Origin: Eledone cirrhosa
Taxonomy: Eukaryota
Direction: 5' to 3'
Length of the DNA stretch: 64,000 bases
Assembly: GCA_964016885.1 (NCBI GenBank)
Contig: OZ024742.1
Span: forward strand, 282,720,001 to 282,784,000
The notes below the pieces were generated by a model. The model was not told where the DNA came from and did no database searches. It saw only the letters and a list, made by a program, of their open reading frames with translations. Below are positions 57,420 through 64,000 of the stretch, in pieces. Within the stretch, counting starts at the first letter, position 1, and every line of letters starts with the position of its first letter. A program made the translations under genes and the position numbers.

Positions 57420-57702
57420 TCCAGGTTGGTATCAAAATGGCCTTAATTGTTTTGTTTTTGCATTTCTAATAAAAATACACAGCCTATTTGTTTCAATTAA
57501 TTTTGAAAATAGAAAAAATTACACTGATGGAAAAAAAACAAGCAATTTTATAATTGCTTTTTTTTTTTTAAACATTAATTAAAAAATATTTCTTATATAA
57601 AATTATGATGGAAAGTGTTAATATCAGTATGACCATTTTAAAAGAGCAGCTTTATATCATAAAACCATAGTGGCTTTAGCCAGGTTGGTATCAAAAGGGT
57701 TA
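57420..57702 (-). mobile_element. Possible piggyBac-type MITE remnant
   Basis: Ends in GGTATCAAAAGGG-TTAA with an internal repeat CCAGGTTGGTATCAAAA. A weakly similar degenerate copy lies near 28850-29112. Confidence 0.45.
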
Positions 57703-57861
57703 AAAACTTTGAAGGAGAACAAATACAGATTCTTTAATTTAGCAATATATTCAGAACAGTGTTGGTGAATATGGTCCACTCTTTCTCAATTTACTGCTCA
57801 CTGTTCTCTGGCAAGACATAAAGCAATGATGAAACAGTAATAAATATTCCACACACACACA

Positions 57862-57980
<119 letters not shown>

Positions 57981-58126
57981 GATACATATGTATATATGAT
58001 ATATATGTATGTGTGTGTGTGTGAATATCACATATATAGTTATATATGTGGTTATATATATGAAACATATGTATGTATGTATGTATGTGTGTGTGAATAT
58101 CACATATATAATTATATATGTGGATG

Positions 58127-58205
58127 TATCACCTTATGCTGAAGATCCGCATAAGGTGAAACAATTGTTTTCGGTATGGTGAACTAACTGTTGTCTCTCT
58201 CTCGT

Positions 58206-58267
<62 letters not shown>

Positions 58268-58340
58268 ACGAGAGAGAGACAACAGTTAGTTCACCATACC
58301 GAAAACAATTGTTTCACCTTATGCGGATCTTCAGCATAAG

Positions 58341-58346
<6 letters not shown>
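58127..58346. mobile_element. Family F near-perfect 220-bp palindrome centred on (TA)n, each arm with a hammerhead-like core
   Basis: CTGAAGA-T-CC-GCATAA-GG-T-GAAAC-AATT-GTT at 58139-58169 and its mirror image. The 5' strand of stem I is replaced by an 11-bp fold-back. Confidence 0.75.
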
Positions 58347-58388
<42 letters not shown>

Positions 58389-59298
58389 CCTACTCACACG
58401 AAGTCTTCTTCCTTGAGCAAGACACTTTATTTCACGTTGCTCCTTCTACTTGGAGTTGCGTCCGATAGATAGTATTAACAATCAGAAAGACCAACAGAAA
58501 CATTGTTTCCTCGGTCCGATTTGACGAAAGTCGATCGACTGTCGATATATATATATAGTTAAAGGTGGTATTATGTTTCATGCGAATCAAACAGTTCTAC
58601 TCTTGTAGAAATTATTTCTCTCTATATGAATATATTCTATACAAATATATATATATATAACCTACAGACACACAAATGTATACAATATATATATATATAT
58701 ATACCTACACACACACACACACAAATGTATACAAAAAACTATAAAATACATTATATTTTAAAAATTTCTCCCCAACCCCAAAGGAAACGAAATCAAAAGG
58801 TGAAACAAGATATTATCAAAGTCGTTTATTTATTTATTTATTTAACATTATTATTATTATTTCCTTATTTTTTAGTAATAGTTTTTTAGGAAACGTTTTC
58901 ATTTCATCTCTGTGGTATTAGTGATGTAGTTGGTAATGTTGGTATCATTGGTGACGGTGGTGTCGTAAAAGTTCCTGCTGTTAATCTGGTTTTGAAAATT
59001 TATCTGTAGAAATTCTTGCCTGTTAACCAAAATGTCTTTCTAAAAGAGGGGCATAATTAAATAATGCCATATCATCTCTCTTATGAAGAAGAACTACACA
59101 ATTCTGTTTTGCTTTTTTACTTTAATCTCTCTCGCTCTCTCTCTCTCTCACTCACTCTCTCTCACCCTCTCTCTCTCTCTCTCTCTCTTGTTCGTGTCTT
59201 GTCATGTTCTGTCTATCAGTTTCTCTGTCTAACTCTCTCTTTTTCTATCGTTATACATACACACACTCATACACATGTGTAAGTATGTATATGTATGC

Positions 59299-59357
<59 letters not shown>

Positions 59358-59397
59358 TATGTATATACACACATGTATATACATATGTATATGTACG

Positions 59398-59434
<37 letters not shown>

Positions 59435-59437
59435 GCG

Positions 59438-59476
<39 letters not shown>

Positions 59477-60274
59477 CCTTGCTCTTTTATCCTCTTCTCA
59501 ATCCCCCTTCTTACTCTCACTCTCTCTCTCTCGCACCTACCACTTCTCCCACTTTACCATTCCACCAGGTGGTGCCATTTGCTTGTCTGCGATCCTAGGT
59601 GTTTTCTGATATTAGCTCTAATCAAAGTATCAGAAGATCTTTCATGTTTTTTCTCTGTTATTATTATTTGGAGAGTGAGTGGAGTGATCTATTTGTCTTT
59701 GTGTTGTTTTTTTCCTTTTAAATAATTTATTTTATTTAATTTTACTTTATTTAACTTCATTTTACCGCAGACTTCTTTCTTGGTGATTGGTTAAAGAAAT
59801 GGAAAAAATAGATGTTGTTGTTGTTCTTGTTTGTCGTAATTGTATTTTTGTAGAGTAAGTTCCAAATCCAAGTTTTGAGACACACTTTGACATTACTTTA
59901 GCTTGCTTCTTACAACTATCACATGCTGTCTTCAAATGATCAGCATACTGTGTTGTTTTAACCCCGGGTCAATCCCAGTTAAGTGGTCTTCTGATCAAAG
60001 GCGTTATATCCAGCTAGCCAGATATAACCATTCACACATGTATGATTTTTTTTCTTTTTTGTAATATGTTTAGTTAGCTCACATACACTCACACACACAT
60101 TTGGATATAAAATTCTACTGTATTGAGTACTCATTCATGTATCCATTCACATCGTTTATATATATGTATGTATACACACAGACATATGCACACACTCACA
60201 CATGTATACACACTCACACATATATATAGCTGGCGAAACGGCCGGAGCTCAGCTGTCGGGGTCCTGACTCTTTT

Positions 60275-60541
<267 letters not shown>

Positions 60542-60593
60542 ATATATATGTATATATATATATATAATATATATATATATATATTATATATAT

Positions 60594-60661
<68 letters not shown>

Positions 60662-60672
60662 ACATATATATA

Positions 60673-60758
<86 letters not shown>

Positions 60759-61256
60759 CCAGAAACCATCACCGTCCTCTCAGTCCTTTGAGTGGAGTCC
60801 TCTATTACATGAATGTTCCATTTTCCGGATACATTATTATTAAATACTGAATCAGACATTTCTGAAACATTGTATTACAGTTAGATGTCTTTCTTGATAC
60901 CGACCCTTTTAGTTGCTTTTTACGACCTGCAATGATATAGTGAAACTATTCTGAAAAAGAATTAAAAAAAAAAATAAATAAAAAAAAAACGATACAAATT
61001 TTGTTTTGAATAAAATTCAAAAATGATGTGATGGTCATGGCCGGAATGTCTTTGATCATAGGTCTGTTTGATCATGACTGAGATGGAGCTAAACAACAGC
61101 AGCTATAATACATTAATGTACAAAGACTTGAGTGCAGAAAATGTGTTTTTTGATTAAAGAAAAAAGTTTTCAGAAACGATCGAAAAAAGTCTAGAACTAG
61201 AAAATTATTCCATTAACACTTGTGCCCTCTCTGTATGAATTACAGGCTTACAGGCT

Positions 61257-61321
<65 letters not shown>

Positions 61322-61390
61322 GTATGCATCTATATATATATATAGTGTATGTATATATGTATATATATATATATATATATAATGTATGTA

Positions 61391-61449
<59 letters not shown>

Positions 61450-62089
61450 TCATACATCTATACATACGTACATAGCCGTACTACAACACACCACACCATA
61501 CCATGTCGCACCACACCACACCACACTACTTCAAGTAATATGTGAGTCAATAATTCATTTAGTGATTTCATGGCTTCACCCTCATCTCTTTCTCCCTGAC
61601 ATCTCTCTTCCCCTCTCTATCTGTCTCTCTCTTCAGCCACCTCTCTCTCTAACATACTCAGCTGATCAAGATAAATTACATATATTAACCAGCGATATTA
61701 AATCCTAAGTGGGCTAATCCTTTTTTCCCTTTGCTGATTACTTTATTAAGGTTTTTAAATTTTAAGTGTAAGGAGAGTTGGGTCTGTTGGTTGTGGAGGG
61801 GGATGGATTAATATTGGCTGAGTTGGTGGGCTGGCTGGTGGGTTGGTTGGGGAGGGAGGGGGGTTAATATTGGCTGGTAGGTTGGTTGGGTAGAAACTTA
61901 AAGACACACTGCACCTGCAAAAACCTTACATTAACTGGGGGAAGGAAAAGATTATGAATGTTTTGTTTTATATATTTATTTATTCTACTGTTAATCAGGA
62001 AGGGAGCAGTAGTGACCATAACACATTTCAAGGGCTCAGGGGGGGGGGGGATATGTTCTGAAATTGAAGATCTAATGCAACATACTTAC

Positions 62090-62200
62090 AATAATTGTTT
62101 CTACTATACTATTGGCACAAGGCCAGCAATTACCTAGTGCATTACTGGTACTTTATTTTATCGACCCCGTAAGGATGAAAGGCAAAGCTAACCTCGGCGG
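62090..62200 (-). mobile_element. Headless Meta/Nin-type SINE
   Basis: Tail and central domain only. Confidence 0.8.
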
Positions 62201-62366
62201 GGGTCTCCAACTAACGTCCTCCAAGGGCCAGGTGGTGGTGTTAAACCCGGCGATGGATTAAGTCTACCATCATGCGTGTTTGTGTGTGCGTGTGTAAATC
62301 TGAGTACACGTGACATGGACAGGTAGTTGTAAACAGACAAACGAATCCCTAAATCTTCTCTCTCTC

Positions 62367-62412
<46 letters not shown>

Positions 62413-62417
62413 ACTCA

Positions 62418-62456
<39 letters not shown>

Positions 62457-62577
62457 ACTCACTCACTCTCTCTCTGTCTTTCTCCCCCTCTCTCTTTCTC
62501 TCCCTCTCTCTTTCTCTCACTCACTCTCTCTCTTTCTCTCTCTCTCTCACACACAATCGTCGTCGATGATGATGATG

Positions 62578-62635
<58 letters not shown>

Positions 62636-62699
62636 GGTGTCCCCCAAAAAATGTATTCAAACTTCAAAAGCATTCTAATCAAATATATATATATATATA

Positions 62700-62863
62700 T
62701 AAACGGAAAAAATGAAACGAAATTTCATTTCTCACTCTTAGTACAGCTGTTACTTAAATATAAGTTCGGTGAATCCATACGTACATATATATATGTGTGC
62801 ATGTATGTATATATATATACATACTACTGTACGTCTGTATACATATATGTATGTACGTATACA

Positions 62864-62870
<7 letters not shown>
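62700..62870. mobile_element. Family C fragment with internal inversion
   Basis: 62712-62765 is the reverse complement of 39368-39422, while 62777-62865 matches 39721-39838 directly. Confidence 0.7.
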
Positions 62871-62921
<51 letters not shown>

Positions 62922-63213
62922 CTGTATAGTCTTGTCCTATTTTTTAAAGGTTGTAGTGGTGGTGGTGTTGATGGTAGGGTTGTGGAATTAAATTTTCTGC
63001 AAATTTTCAGTAAAAATATCCTGAGACTAACTTAATGTAATAAGTTATCTTTTAAAATGATATTTTATACGTGCGTGCATGTATGCACACATGTAACACA
63101 CACTCACATACAAACACATATACAAACACATATATAATGCACTCTCTCTCCTTTTTATCTAACTTTCTCTCAAATAGCTGTACTTCTCTCTCTCCCCTTC
63201 TCTCTCTCTCATA

Positions 63214-63271
<58 letters not shown>

Positions 63272-64000
63272 CACCATTCCTTTTTGTACTACAAATAAGA
63301 TAAGCTATACAACTGCTACTACTACTTCTATTACCACCAGTACTACTACTACTTCTATTGCTTTCACACCAAACATCTTATTTTTTAGCTAAGTGTTTCA
63401 CAAAATTTCTGCATATTTAATTTTGTATAAATTTGTGAAAATAATTTCATTTTCACCACTTACTTCATTATTTTCGTTTTATTTTTTATAATTTAAAAAA
63501 AAATGTAATCACTGAAGTTCTAATTAAGACTAATTCAATATTTAAATTTTGGGAGAAAAATCTACCAGTAAAAAAAAAAAAAAACGACTGGTTAAGTTTT
63601 TTCTTAATACATACATCTTGCTTACTGATCTGTCAAGATCTCTCAATGGACTGTTGTGTTGTTCTTTGTGTTCTTTTTGGCATGTATTTATTAGTGGAAG
63701 GTGGTGGATTGGCAAAGTCGCTAGAACCTCGAACAAATACTCAACAGTAATTGTTCCTGGTCTTTACTTGTATATATATGTACGGATGGGTGAATGAGGG
63801 AGTCGTACGGACGCCATATTGACATACGGTGTTTCTAGGGCATCTTTATCGTTAAACCTGGCGGAACTCGTCTTATCTCCAGGTCTGAATACAACTGTTT
63901 TTTTTTCTCAGAGAAGGATAGGAATGAGAAAGAGTTATAGAGGAAGAACTGACCCCCAGTACTGAATAAGTACTTTTTTGTCAACCATAAATAGATAAAA

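Noticed and set aside
59735-59815. Strong-looking 3' splice site (pyrimidine tract + CCGCAG)
   Set aside because: No convincing open exon or downstream donor, so it cannot be supported without RNA data.

Overview
Repeat-saturated, AT-rich, non-coding eukaryotic DNA. The SINE, RTE and microsatellite repertoire looks like an octopod cephalopod (inference). I find no convincing host exon; almost all ORFs in the track are read-throughs of micro- or minisatellites. Recognisable content: a 5'-truncated RTE LINE with an uninterrupted RT frame and a Cys/His insert (31.8-33.65 kb), a twin-primed inverted RTE insertion with a 26-bp TSD (22.4-23.8 kb), further RTE, Hero and mariner fragments, three groups of tRNA-derived SINEs, hAT and Tc1/mariner MITEs, a solo LTR, large (TA)n arrays, GGT-based minisatellites and a 200-N gap. 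The main signal is that short unique 'islands' inside the (TA)n arrays repeatedly carry type I hammerhead ribozyme motifs from several unrelated sequence families. Cores are complete at 21.9, 27.4, 39.6 and 40.3 kb (the last with a U3-A8 covariation) and partial or degenerate at 6.8, 23.9, 27.2, 36.4, 37.6, 42.2, 51.3, 58.1 and 60.5 kb. They occur as partial tandems or fold-back palindromes that break inside the ribozyme, share a downstream ACTC..GAGT hairpin, and one is fused to a Penelope-type C-terminal peptide. This points to a dense, TA-targeting Penelope-like/retrozyme system. All ribozyme calls are by-eye folds and untested.
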